This document shows, in pieces, positions 16,863 to 25,733 of a stretch of 30,677 nt of DNA (the first letter of the stretch is position 1; each line of letters begins with the position of its first letter). Origin of the DNA: Chloroflexota bacterium (lineage in GTDB: Bacteria > Chloroflexota > Dehalococcoidia > UBA2979); NCBI GenBank assembly GCA_016875695.1, contig VGPB01000001.1, positions 1 to 30,677 of the forward strand, in the 5' to 3' direction. The notes under the pieces are model-generated. The model searched no databases and was not told where the DNA came from. It worked only from the letters and a program-made list of their open reading frames with translations. A program made the position numbers and the translations under genes.

Positions 16863-16891
16863 TTGTCATCGAACAAGTGTTCTGGTACCAT
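16863..16891 (+). promoter_or_regulatory. Sigma70-type promoter with a LexA (SOS) box in the spacer
   Basis: -35 TTGTCA (16863-16868), 17-bp spacer, -10 TACCAT (16886-16891); CGAAC-AAGT-GTTC (GAAC-N4-GTTC at 16871-16882). Confidence 0.85.
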
Positions 16892-16919
16892 GCCCGTTGC
16901 CCTTTGGCGGGGGTACACC

Positions 16920-18143
16920 ATGGCTCCAGCGCTGCCCGTCGCCTGCCTGCTCGTCCCTTCGCTCGCGCTCTCGGTGGCGCTGGCCGAGCGGACGCAGCTC
17001 GCCACGCGGCCGGTCGTGCTCGTCGACGCAGAGCGCGTGCGTGTGCTCGATTGCACGCCCACCGCCGCGCGCGCCGGCGTGCGCGGCGGGCAGCCGCTGC
17101 GCGAAGCCGTCGCGCTCTGCCCCGCGCTCTTCGTGCTGGAGGAGCGCCCCGCGCGCACTGCTCAGGCCGCCGAGGCGCTGGTCGAAGCGCTCGGCGGCCT
17201 GAGCCCGCTCGTGGAGGCGGCAGCCCCCGGCGAGGCGTACGCCGACCTGCGCGGGCTCGACGGGCTGTACCCCGAGCGCGCGCAACTCGCCGAGGCGATC
17301 CTTGCGGCCGCGTGCGTGGCGGGCCCCGCCCCCTCGGCCGCGCTGAGCCCACGGCTGGGCTTGGCCGACACGCGCTTCGCGGCGCACGCCGCCGCGCGCT
17401 GCGCTATGCCGAGCGCGGCGCTCGCCGTGGAGCCCGGCACGGCCGCCGCGTTCCTCGCGCCGCTGCCAGCGGCGTGGCTGCCGCTGAACGCGGACGCGCT
17501 GGACCGGCTACGGCTGTTCGGCATCACGACCATCGGCGGCTTTGCCGCGCTGCCCGCGCACGCGGTGCAGGCGCAATTCGGCGCGCCGGGCTGGCGCGCC
17601 TGGCGCGCCGCGCACGGCGACGACCCCACGCCGCTGCGCCCGCGGCCGCCGGCCCTCGAGCGCGTCGTCGAGCGCGCGCAGAGCGAGCCGCCGCTCGTCA
17701 GCCGCGAGGCGGTGACACTGACGATGGAGCAGCTGCTGCTGCGCGCGCTGCGCCATCCGCGCGCGCACCGCCGCGTAGTGCGCGCCGTCAACCTGCGCGC
17801 GACGAGCGCGGACGACCGGCTGTGGGAGCGCACGCAGGTGCTGCGCGAACCGACCGGCGATCGCATGCGGCTGTGGCATGCGATCCGTCCGCAACTCGAA
17901 CACGCCGAGTACCCCGGGCCGATCGCCGCGCTCACCATCGAGCTCGGCGGGCTCACCGCGGAGCGCGGACGCCAGTCGAGCCTGTTCGATGCCGCGCGCG
18001 TGCGCCGCCGCGAGCAGATGAACGACATGGTGCGGCACTTGAAGGTGCGCTACGGGCTGTCCCCGCTCGCGCGCATGGTGGAGGTGGAACCATGGTCTCG
18101 CATCCCGGAACGGCGCTGGGCGCTCATGGACTACGACCCCTAG
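16920..18143 (+). CDS. imuB: ImuB-like catalytically inactive Y-family polymerase
   Basis: UmuC/DinB fold motifs (ARAGVRGGQPLREAVALCP, LSPLVE, EAYADL, LFGITTIG); lacks the N-terminal Asp and SIDE catalytic motifs; clamp-binding-like QSSLF. ATG 16920 chosen because ATG 16890 lies inside the -10 box. Confidence 0.88.
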   Translation: MAPALPVACLLVPSLALSVALAERTQLATRPVVLVDAERVRVLDCTPTAARAGVRGGQPLREAVALCPALFVLEERPARTAQAAEALVEALGGLSPLVEAAAPGEAYADLRGLDGLYPERAQLAEAILAAACVAGPAPSAALSPRLGLADTRFAAHAAARCAMPSAALAVEPGTAAAFLAPLPAAWLPLNADALDRLRLFGITTIGGFAALPAHAVQAQFGAPGWRAWRAAHGDDPTPLRPRPPALERVVERAQSEPPLVSREAVTLTMEQLLLRALRHPRAHRRVVRAVNLRATSADDRLWERTQVLREPTGDRMRLWHAIRPQLEHAEYPGPIAALTIELGGLTAERGRQSSLFDAARVRRREQMNDMVRHLKVRYGLSPLARMVEVEPWSRIPERRWALMDYDP

Positions 18144-18415
18144 GCCTGCCGCGCGCCATCGGCGTGACCGTCGACGACCTCGGCCTGCCGCGCACAGTCG
18201 CGCGCTCCGCGCGCGGTGCGACCGCTGCGCACGCACAGCCGCCGGTCGCCGTCGCGCAGATCGTCGAAGTGTGGCGTGTCGCCGAGGCGTGGTGGCGCGA
18301 GGCGCCACTCGCGCGCACCTACGTCAGCGTGCTGCTCACCGACGATCGCCTGCTCACGCTCTTCCACGACGATACACAGGCACCCGCCGACGGCTGGTTC
18401 GAACAGCGGTACTAG
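18092..18415 (+). CDS. Small cassette protein (107 aa), DUF6504/ImuB-C-like; not separated in the ORF track
   Basis: ATG 18092 with GGAGGT RBS overlaps the imuB end by 52 nt; LRPLGLPRAIGV...IVEVWRVAEAWWRE.P..RTYVSVLL.D.RLLTLFHD...WFEQRY; stops 4 nt before the dnaE2 ATG. Confidence 0.75.
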   Translation: MVSHPGTALGAHGLRPLGLPRAIGVTVDDLGLPRTVARSARGATAAHAQPPVAVAQIVEVWRVAEAWWREAPLARTYVSVLLTDDRLLTLFHDDTQAPADGWFEQRY

Positions 18416-18419
18416 CACG

Positions 18420-21400
18420 ATGCCACCCGCCGGCGCCACGCCGCCGCGCTGGTCCTGGCAGCGCTTCGAGACAAAGCGCAACGACCAGGAGGCCGCGCTC
18501 GCGCCGGACACGCCGCGCTCGCGCGCCGGTCGCGCGCCACGGCCGGCGAGCGACACCGCTGCCCCGTCCGCCCACCTCGATGGAGTGCCGTACGTCGAGC
18601 TGCACGCGCACAGCAACTACTCGCTGCTGGAAGGCGCCTCGCACCCGAGCGAGCTCATCGCCCAGGCGCTCGCGCAGGGCCATCGCGCGCTCGCGCTCAC
18701 CGATCACGACGGCATGTTCGGCGCGATGGAGTTCGCGCGCGCGGCCGTCGAGGCCGGCCTGCAGCCGATCACCGGCCTCGAGGTCACGATCGCGGAAGAT
18801 GACGGCACGCGCTCGCACCTCACGCTGCTCGCGGAGACGCGCGCGGGCTACGCGCAGCTCTGCCGGCTCGCCAGCCTCGCGTTTGGCCTCGGCGAGGACG
18901 ACCCCGCGCGCAAGGAGCTGCGCCGACTCGATCCCTGCGTGCCGCTCGCTGCGCTGCCGCGTCACGCCACGGGCGTCATCGCACTCACCGGCTGCCGCCA
19001 GGGCCGCCTCGCGCAGCTGCTCGACGCCGGGCGCGGCGCCGAGGCCGAGCGCACGCTCCGCCGGTACGTCCAGTGGTACGGGCCTGACCAGGTGTTCGTC
19101 GAGCTCGTCGACAACTATGTCTTCGGCGACCGCCCGCGCAACATGGCGCTCGTGCGCCTCGCAGAGCACGCCGGCGTGCCGGTGGTCGGCACCGGCGACG
19201 TGCACTACCACGAGCCTGGCCGCCACCGACTGCAGGACGTGCTGGTCGCGATCCGCCACCGCAAGACCCTGGACGACGCGCACCGCGAGCGCCGCGCGAA
19301 CGGCGAATGCTACCTGCGCAGCCCGCACGAGCAGGCACGCCGCTTCGCGCAGTACCACCCGGACGCCGCCGCGAACGCCGTGCGCATCGCGCGCCGCTGC
19401 ACGTTCGACCTGACGGCGGACCTCGGCTACCAGCTGCCGTCGCCGCCCGTGCCGGACGGCAGCACGCCACTTGCCCAGCTCGAACGCATCTGCCAGGAGC
19501 GCATTGGCCGCAAGTACGTGCAGTCACGCGAGCGCGCGCAGGCCGAGCAGCGCCTCGCCGAGGAGCTGCGCCTCGTCGCGCTGCACGACCTCGCCGGCTT
19601 CTTCCTCGTCTACTTCGAGGTCATGCAGCTCGCCGAGGAGGTGGCGCGCGAGGTGCGCGGCCCCAGCCGGGCGCGCTCCGTCACCGAGCTCCCACCTGGG
19701 CGCGGACGCGGCTCCTCGGTCTCCTCCATCATCTGCTACCTGATCGGCCTCTCGCACATCGACCCCGTGCGCAACAACCTGTTCATCCGCCGCTTTCTGA
19801 ACGAGGAGCTGTACTCGCTCCCCGACATCGACCTCGACTTCCCGCGCGACATCCGCGAGCGGCTCATCGAGCGCGTCTACGAGCGCTGGGGTAAGGACCA
19901 CGCCGCGCTCGTGGCGATCTTCCCCACGTATCGCGCGCGCAGCGCGATCCGCGACGTCGGTAAGGCGCTCGGCCTGCCCGCCGCGGAGCTCGACCGCCTC
20001 GCCAGGCGCGCCGGCCCGTACGTCGAGGCGAGCGCAGTCGCCGAGGAGCTCGCGCGCGCGCCGGACGCCGCCACCCACGCCGAGGCACGCGGCTGGCAGC
20101 AGCTTGCCACCATCTCTTCGGCGCTCGCCGGCTTCCCGCGCCACATGTCGCAGCACGTCGGCGGGATGGTGATCTCCTCGAAGCCGCTCATCGACTGCGT
20201 GCCCTGCCAGCCGGCGGCGTGGCCCAATCGCTACCTGTGCCACTGGGACAAGGACAGCATCGACGACGCGCGCATGGTGAAGATCGACTTCCTCGCGCTC
20301 GGCATGCTCTCCGCCGTCGAGGAATGCGTCGACCTCATCGAGCAGCATCGCGGCCGCGTCGTCGACCTCTCGCGCATCCCGTTCGACGACCAGGCGGTGT
20401 ACGACGCGATCTGCAAGGGGGACACCGTCGGCGTGTTCCAGATCGAATCGCGCGCGCAGGTCGCGATGCTCCCGCGCACGCAACCGCGCACGCTCGACGA
20501 CCTGACGGTGCAAGTCTCGATCGTACGGCCCGGGCCGATCGTCGGCGGCGCGGTCAACCCGTACGTGCGCCGCCGCGAGCGCCTGCGCCGCGACCCCCTG
20601 TACCGGCCGGAGATGCCGCACCACAGCGTTGCCGATGTGCTCGCGGAAACGCTGGGTGTGGTCATCTTCCAGGAGCAGGTGCTGCAGGTGTGCGAGCAGA
20701 TGGGCGGCTTCACCCCCGGCGATGCCGACACGTTCCGCCGCGCGATGAGCCGCCGCCGCTCGCACGAGGCGATAGAGGCGTACCGCGAGCGCTTCATGCG
20801 CGGCGCCGCGGACCGCGACGTGCCCGTCACCGTAGCCGCGCGCATGTTCGAGACGCTGCTGGGCTTCGCCGAGTTCGGCTTCCCGAAGTCGCACGGCGCA
20901 GCGTTCGGGCTGCTCGCGTACCAGTCCACGTGGCTGCGTTGCTACTTCGCGCCAGAGTTCACCTGCGCACTCTTCAACGCGCAGCCGATGGGCTTCTACC
21001 CGCCACACGTGCTCACCGGGGACGCGCAGCGCCACGGCGTGGAGGTACGCCGCCCCGACGTGAACGCGAGCGCCGCCGACTGCACGGTCGAGGGCCACGC
21101 CGTGCGCGTCGGCCTGTGCTACGTGCAGCACGTTGGCGAGGCCGGCGGCCGCCGCATCGAGGAGGAGCGCCGCCGCGCCGGCCCCTACCGCTCGCTGTTC
21201 GACCTCACGCAGCGCACCGGCTTGCCGCGTCGAGCCATCGAGGCGCTGATCCAGGTCGGCGCGTTCGATGCGTTTGGCCTCAACCGTCGCGAGCTGCTCT
21301 GGCAGCTGGGACTGTTCTCAGGCGGCATGCAGCGCTCCGTGCTGCGCGTGCCGCAAGCCCGCCAGCTGCGCATGGACCTCGCGACCGCGCAGGACGAGGT

Positions 21401-21836
21401 CGCGCTCCCCGACTTCACGACGTACGAGCGCATGGCCGCCGACTACGCGCTGCTGCACTTGTCGCCGGACGCGCACCCGATGCAGTTCCTGCGCCCCGCG
21501 CTCGGCGAGGGTGTGCTGTCGAGCCGGCACCTGCAGGGGATCGCGGGCCGCCACACGGTGGAGGTCGCGGGCCTCGTCGTGTGCCGGCAGCGCCCGCTCA
21601 CCGCGCGCGGCATCGTGTTCCTGCTGCTGGAGGATGAGCACGGCATGGTCAATGTGCTGGTCAGCCGCGAGCTCGGCGAGCAGGAGCGCGAGGTCGTGCA
21701 CCTCGCGCCGTTCGTCGTCGCGCGCGGCGAGCTTGCGGTGCGCGCCGGCGAGCAGCGCACGCTCGTCGCCACCGCGCTGCGCGAGCTGCTCCCCGCCGAC
21801 GCGCTCGCGATGCCCCGCGGCAAGAGCTGGGCGTAG
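18420..21836 (+). CDS. dnaE2: Error-prone DNA polymerase III alpha subunit (DnaE2/ImuC)
   Basis: PHP YVELHAHSNYSLLEGAS, GRGSS, catalytic PDIDLDF and KIDFLALG, FGFPKSH, NAQPMGFY, OB-fold VCRQRP; located in an SOS cassette with imuB. Confidence 0.96.
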   Translation: MPPAGATPPRWSWQRFETKRNDQEAALAPDTPRSRAGRAPRPASDTAAPSAHLDGVPYVELHAHSNYSLLEGASHPSELIAQALAQGHRALALTDHDGMFGAMEFARAAVEAGLQPITGLEVTIAEDDGTRSHLTLLAETRAGYAQLCRLASLAFGLGEDDPARKELRRLDPCVPLAALPRHATGVIALTGCRQGRLAQLLDAGRGAEAERTLRRYVQWYGPDQVFVELVDNYVFGDRPRNMALVRLAEHAGVPVVGTGDVHYHEPGRHRLQDVLVAIRHRKTLDDAHRERRANGECYLRSPHEQARRFAQYHPDAAANAVRIARRCTFDLTADLGYQLPSPPVPDGSTPLAQLERICQERIGRKYVQSRERAQAEQRLAEELRLVALHDLAGFFLVYFEVMQLAEEVAREVRGPSRARSVTELPPGRGRGSSVSSIICYLIGLSHIDPVRNNLFIRRFLNEELYSLPDIDLDFPRDIRERLIERVYERWGKDHAALVAIFPTYRARSAIRDVGKALGLPAAELDRLARRAGPYVEASAVAEELARAPDAATHAEARGWQQLATISSALAGFPRHMSQHVGGMVISSKPLIDCVPCQPAAWPNRYLCHWDKDSIDDARMVKIDFLALGMLSAVEECVDLIEQHRGRVVDLSRIPFDDQAVYDAICKGDTVGVFQIESRAQVAMLPRTQPRTLDDLTVQVSIVRPGPIVGGAVNPYVRRRERLRRDPLYRPEMPHHSVADVLAETLGVVIFQEQVLQVCEQMGGFTPGDADTFRRAMSRRRSHEAIEAYRERFMRGAADRDVPVTVAARMFETLLGFAEFGFPKSHGAAFGLLAYQSTWLRCYFAPEFTCALFNAQPMGFYPPHVLTGDAQRHGVEVRRPDVNASAADCTVEGHAVRVGLCYVQHVGEAGGRRIEEERRRAGPYRSLFDLTQRTGLPRRAIEALIQVGAFDAFGLNRRELLWQLGLFSGGMQRSVLRVPQARQLRMDLATAQDEVALPDFTTYERMAADYALLHLSPDAHPMQFLRPALGEGVLSSRHLQGIAGRHTVEVAGLVVCRQRPLTARGIVFLLLEDEHGMVNVLVSRELGEQEREVVHLAPFVVARGELAVRAGEQRTLVATALRELLPADALAMPRGKSWA

Positions 21837-21844
21837 CCGCGGGC

Positions 21845-22566
21845 TTATGACGCGTTGAGGCTACGCAACGCGTCGACGACGCGCGCGCGCCGGCCTTCGC
21901 CCGCTGTTCGATGTCCGCGGCGAGGCTCGAAACCGCGCTCGCGCTGAGGTTGGCGGCCGTGCCCTTGAGCGTGTGCGCGGCCGCGCGCTGGCCGTCAGCG
22001 CTCCCTTCGGCGATCGCCGTGTGCAGGTCCGCGAGCCACGCCCCGGCCATCGCCGCGAACACCGCCGCGAACACCGCCGCGACCGGCGGCTCGCCCTCCG
22101 CAGGCTCGAGCAGGCCAAGCTCGCGCAACAGTTCGACATCTAGGACGGCCACCACCCCTTCGAGTGCTGCGCTCGCGCTCGGCGCGGGGACTAACGCGAC
22201 GACGCTGTGCGCGAGCGCCGCCGCGAGGTTTCCCAGGCGGATCGGCTTCGCGAGGTACCCGTCCATCCCGGCATCGAGGCGGCGCTCGCGGTCGCCGGCC
22301 ATCGAGTTGGCGGTGACGGCGATCACCGGCACGCGGTGCTCGGGATGGCGGCGGCGCAGCTCGGCGGTGGCCGCGTAGCCGTCCAGCTCCGGCATCATGC
22401 AGTCCATGAGCACCGCCGCGAAGCGCTCCGGGGCGAACGCGGCCAGCGCCTGCGACCCGTCCGCGACCCCGACCGCGTCGTAGCCCAGCCGCTTCAGCAT
22501 CTCCACGCAGACCCGCCGGTTGACCGCGTCGTCCTCCGTGACGAGCACCAGCGGACGCGCGCCCAC
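21845..22566 (-). pseudogene. REC-Hpt signalling protein (hybrid-kinase C-terminal type) with an apparent deletion/frameshift near 21881-21890
   Basis: LVTEDDAVNRRV, VLMDCMMPELDG, IAVTAN, YLAKP; Hpt AAHTLKGTAANLSA. The natural-looking ending ARVVDALRSLNAS-TAA (21845-21847) is in a different frame after a (GC)5 run; the unshifted frame runs 176 nt into dnaE2. Confidence 0.7.
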
Positions 22567-22721
22567 CCCGCCCTCGTCATGCCCTGCATCGCCAGCCCCC
22601 GTTCGCCGCTGGTTTCCCGCGTCGATCGTTGGCACCCACGCGGGCGCGCTGCTGCCTGCGCTGCGTGCCGTCAGCGGATCGTCGGCGGGCCGCGGCGCGT
22701 GCCCTCCACTACACTCGAGGC

Positions 22722-22907
22722 ATGCGCGACGACGATGGCTGGGCGGCCTCGACGGAGGGCGTCTCGCCCCCGACCTCACCGAAGAAGCGGGCTACGCCGG
22801 CTGGGAGCCCGCCCCGGCGCGACGGCTGGGCGCTCGCGCTGCGGCTCACTGCGGGCGTGCTACTCATCGCGATCGCAGGCGGGGCGCTGCTCGCGCTCGC
22901 CCGCTAG
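22722..22907 (+). CDS. Small single-TM protein (61 aa), probably leaderless
   Basis: TACACT (-10-like, 22710-22715) 6 nt before the ATG; Pro/Ser-rich N-terminus and C-terminal TM helix; followed by a palindromic terminator. Confidence 0.55.
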   Translation: MRDDDGWAASTEGVSPPTSPKKRATPAGSPPRRDGWALALRLTAGVLLIAIAGGALLALAR

Positions 22908-22914
22908 CACCGCC

Positions 22915-22972
22915 CCACGCGCACACACGACGAGGGGGCCCCGCGGGGCCCCCTCGTCGTGTGTGCGCGTGG
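22915..22972. terminator. Perfect 58-bp palindrome; probable bidirectional terminator
   Basis: CCACGCGCACACACGACGAGGGGGCCCCGCGGGGCCCCCTCGTCGTGTGTGCGCGTGG equals its own reverse complement; lies between the convergent stops at 22907 and 22980. Confidence 0.75.
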
Positions 22973-22979
22973 TCGCTGG

Positions 22980-24740
22980 CTACTTGTCGAGCCAGATATT
23001 CTTGGCCTGCGCACCCCAATCATAATAATACGTGTCTGTGCCGAGCGCGCCCACCGAGCGGTAGCCGCGCAGCCAGGGCTGGTACGTGGCGAAGGCCATA
23101 GCGGTCGGCTTCTCCACGCGATACGCCTGATCCAGCACCTTGTCCCAGATCTTGCGATGGACCTCCTTGCGGCGATCCTTGTTCAGCTCGCTGCGCTGCT
23201 GGTCGGCCCAGGCGTCGATCTCGGCGTCTTTGATCCGCCAGCGGTTGCCCGGCGAGTCCGAGCGCACGTGGGCGTAGAAGAAGTTGTCTGCGTCGAACCC
23301 CACCGTGAGCCACCCGTCCGCCAAGTCGGCGAACTTGGCGCTCACCCATTGCGAGTTGAACTCGGTGTAGTCGACGCGCTTGGCGGCGAACTTGATGCCG
23401 GCCTGCCGCATTTGGTTGACTAGCACCTCGTTCGGACGGCTGTTGGAGGTGTCCGAGTAGTTGTTGAAGATCATCTCGAGCTCGAGGTTTTCCTGGCCGG
23501 CCGCAACCAGCAGCGCCTTTGCCTCCGTGCGATCGGTGCGCCACCACTTGCCCAGCAGCCCGGAATCGGCCGTCGGCGCCTTGTCGAACAGGAAGTTCCA
23601 CGCGATCGTCGGCATCGTCACGGCGTAGCCCGCCATCACGACTTGCTCGATCTCCTTGCGATCCATCGCCAGGCTCACCGCGCGGCGGATGCGCACGTCC
23701 TGGTACTTCGGGTTGTCCAGGTTGAACGAGATCGCGAATGTGCTGTACGTCTGCGCACCAACGGTGGTCTGGATCTCCGGGTTGGTTTTGAGCATCTGCT
23801 CGAGGTCGGTGGCGTTCGTGCCCACGATGTAGCCGAAGTCAATCTGCCCGGCGCGGAACGCCGCCAACTGCGCGGCACCGTCGATCATCGTGCGGTACTC
23901 CATCCCGTCGAGGAGCACCTTGCCGTCGAAGTAGTCCGGGTTCTTGCTGAAGGCCACCTGGGTGGACTTCATATCCTTGAGGATCATCGGCCCGGTCCCG
24001 ACGGCCTTCCGATCGATCTCGCCGGCGTCCACCAGTTCCTTCGGGTGGATGGTCAGGTAGCGCCCGGCGAGCGGAATCACAAAGTCCGGCTGCGGCTTGT
24101 TCAGCGTGATCTTCAGCGTGGAGTCGTTCGGCGCTTCGACCGACTTCATGTTGCTGAAGTACGCCTTGTGCACACCGTCCTTGGCGTAGCGCTCGTAGGC
24201 AGCCCTGACGTCGCTGGCCACGAAGGGGCGCCCGTTGAGCGGTGCGATGTTCTGCCACTTGATGCCCGGCTTGATCGTGAACGTCGCGGTCAGTCCGTCC
24301 GGCGTGACCTCCCAGCTCTGCGCGAGCTCCGGCACGATCTCGTACTTGAACGGCGAGGCGTCGACGCCCTTCTTGAAGCCAATCAGGCGGTTGTAGACGG
24401 TGTTCGGGATCGTGATCGTGCCGCCCGCCGCCGACTTCGTCGGGTCGATCGTCGAGGCTTCCCAGGTCGTCCCGACCACCAGCGTGCCGCCCGCCTTCGG
24501 CGTTTTCCCCGCAGGCTCCGGGAAGTTGTACGGAATCCGCTTGCCGCCAACGTCCACGCCGTCGAGCTGGGCTGCGACGGTGGTCGCGCCCGCACTGGGC
24601 CCGCCGCTCGCGCCGCTGTCGCCCTCGTCGTCAGAGCCGCAGCCGATCAGCGCCACGGCCGCGAGCCCGGCGCCGCCGAGGGCGCTCGTGCGCAGCAGTG
24701 CCCGCCGGCCGACGCGCCGTGACATCTCTTCAGGAACCAT
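22980..24740 (-). CDS. ABC transporter family-5 (DppA/OppA-like) substrate-binding lipoprotein, TAT-exported
   Basis: GGAGGT RBS before ATG 24740; twin-Arg signal (SRRVGRRALLR) and lipobox-like LIGC; PELAQSWEVTPDGLTATFTIKPGIKW, GTGPMIL, DVRIRRAVSLAMDR motifs. Confidence 0.93.
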   Translation of the reverse strand: MVPEEMSRRVGRRALLRTSALGGAGLAAVALIGCGSDDEGDSGASGGPSAGATTVAAQLDGVDVGGKRIPYNFPEPAGKTPKAGGTLVVGTTWEASTIDPTKSAAGGTITIPNTVYNRLIGFKKGVDASPFKYEIVPELAQSWEVTPDGLTATFTIKPGIKWQNIAPLNGRPFVASDVRAAYERYAKDGVHKAYFSNMKSVEAPNDSTLKITLNKPQPDFVIPLAGRYLTIHPKELVDAGEIDRKAVGTGPMILKDMKSTQVAFSKNPDYFDGKVLLDGMEYRTMIDGAAQLAAFRAGQIDFGYIVGTNATDLEQMLKTNPEIQTTVGAQTYSTFAISFNLDNPKYQDVRIRRAVSLAMDRKEIEQVVMAGYAVTMPTIAWNFLFDKAPTADSGLLGKWWRTDRTEAKALLVAAGQENLELEMIFNNYSDTSNSRPNEVLVNQMRQAGIKFAAKRVDYTEFNSQWVSAKFADLADGWLTVGFDADNFFYAHVRSDSPGNRWRIKDAEIDAWADQQRSELNKDRRKEVHRKIWDKVLDQAYRVEKPTAMAFATYQPWLRGYRSVGALGTDTYYYDWGAQAKNIWLDK

Positions 24741-24880
24741 CCAGACCTCCACTACGTACGCGGGGTGACGGAGAATGTACGCACGCAGCCGGCTCCTGGA
24801 TGTACCGCCCCGCGCCCGCCCGTGCGCGTGGCCCGTGCACGTCGAGCCAGATGCGCTCGCCCCGGCGCGCGGCGAGCCGC

Positions 24881-25717
24881 CTACGGCAGCCCGGCCCGCG
24901 GCGCCTCCACGCGGAGCTGCAGGATGCGGCCCGCCGCCTTGCCGGCGCAGCCCTCCGCGGAGAAGCCGGGCGCCGTGAGGATGTAGAGCGTCCGGCCGTC
25001 CTCGCCGCCGAGCATGCACGCGTACGTGCCCGCCCCGGTCTCGACGCTGTCGGTGACACGCCCGCCTTCGAGCACGCGCACGACGCACTGCCCGCGCGCG
25101 TCGGCGAACCACAGCCCGCCACCCGCGTCCAGCGTGCAGCCGTCGGGCCCGCTGCCCTCGACCGCCGCCCACACGCGCCGCTCGCCCAGCGAGCCGTCCG
25201 CCCGCAGCTCGAACGCGCTCACGCAGCCGCCCGCCGTCTCCGCCACCATGAGCGTCGCGCCGTCCGGCGTAATCACGGAGCCGTTCGGGAAGCGCAGCCC
25301 CGCGGCGGCAGCCTCCACGTGCCCATCGGGCGTGACGTGCGCGAGCGCGGCCACGGGCGAGCCATCCGAGCTCGCCGCGCCGAAATTGCCGACGTACGCG
25401 TGCCCGCTCGCGCTCACCACCATGTCGTTGCACGGCCCCGTTGCCACCGCCGACAGGTCGGCGTGCTCGACGAGCGCGCCACCCTCGAGCCGCAGTACGC
25501 GCCGGTCGAGCATCGACACGACGAGCAGCCGCCCGTCGGGCAGCCAGCCCAGGCCGGACGGCTGCTGCGGCACCTCGACGATCCGCTCGCGCACGCCGTC
25601 CGGCGTGACTGCGTACACCGCGTGCTGGAAGAAGTCGCTGTACCACAGCCGCCCCTCGTGCCAGCGCGGCCCTTCCCCAAAGTCGATACCGTCGACCAGC
25701 ACATCGAGCGTCGCCAC
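24881..25717 (-). CDS. SMP-30/gluconolactonase/LRE family protein
   Basis: DFGEGPRW, PSGLGWLPDG, CNDMVV, FPNGSVITPDG, PDGCTLDAGG motifs. Confidence 0.93.
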   Translation of the reverse strand: MATLDVLVDGIDFGEGPRWHEGRLWYSDFFQHAVYAVTPDGVRERIVEVPQQPSGLGWLPDGRLLVVSMLDRRVLRLEGGALVEHADLSAVATGPCNDMVVSASGHAYVGNFGAASSDGSPVAALAHVTPDGHVEAAAAGLRFPNGSVITPDGATLMVAETAGGCVSAFELRADGSLGERRVWAAVEGSGPDGCTLDAGGGLWFADARGQCVVRVLEGGRVTDSVETGAGTYACMLGGEDGRTLYILTAPGFSAEGCAGKAAGRILQLRVEAPRAGLP

Positions 25718-25733
25718 CGCGCGCCTCGCCCGC

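Noticed and set aside
16683-16919. imuA gene upstream of imuB
   Set aside because: Only ~240 bp of intergenic DNA containing the promoter and SOS box; no RecA/SulA-like ORF.
14763-17352. Long Arg/Ala-rich ORFs (14763-16016, 15757-17352, 16877-18091 portion and similar in 19300-27500)
   Set aside because: Shadow or antisense frames expected at >70% GC; no domain motifs, and they overlap well-supported genes.
24741-25646. N-terminal 300 aa of the 888-aa track ORF 22980-25646
   Set aside because: Low-complexity Arg/Gly/Ala shadow frame overlapping the SMP-30 gene; the real start is ATG 24740, which has an RBS and TAT signal.
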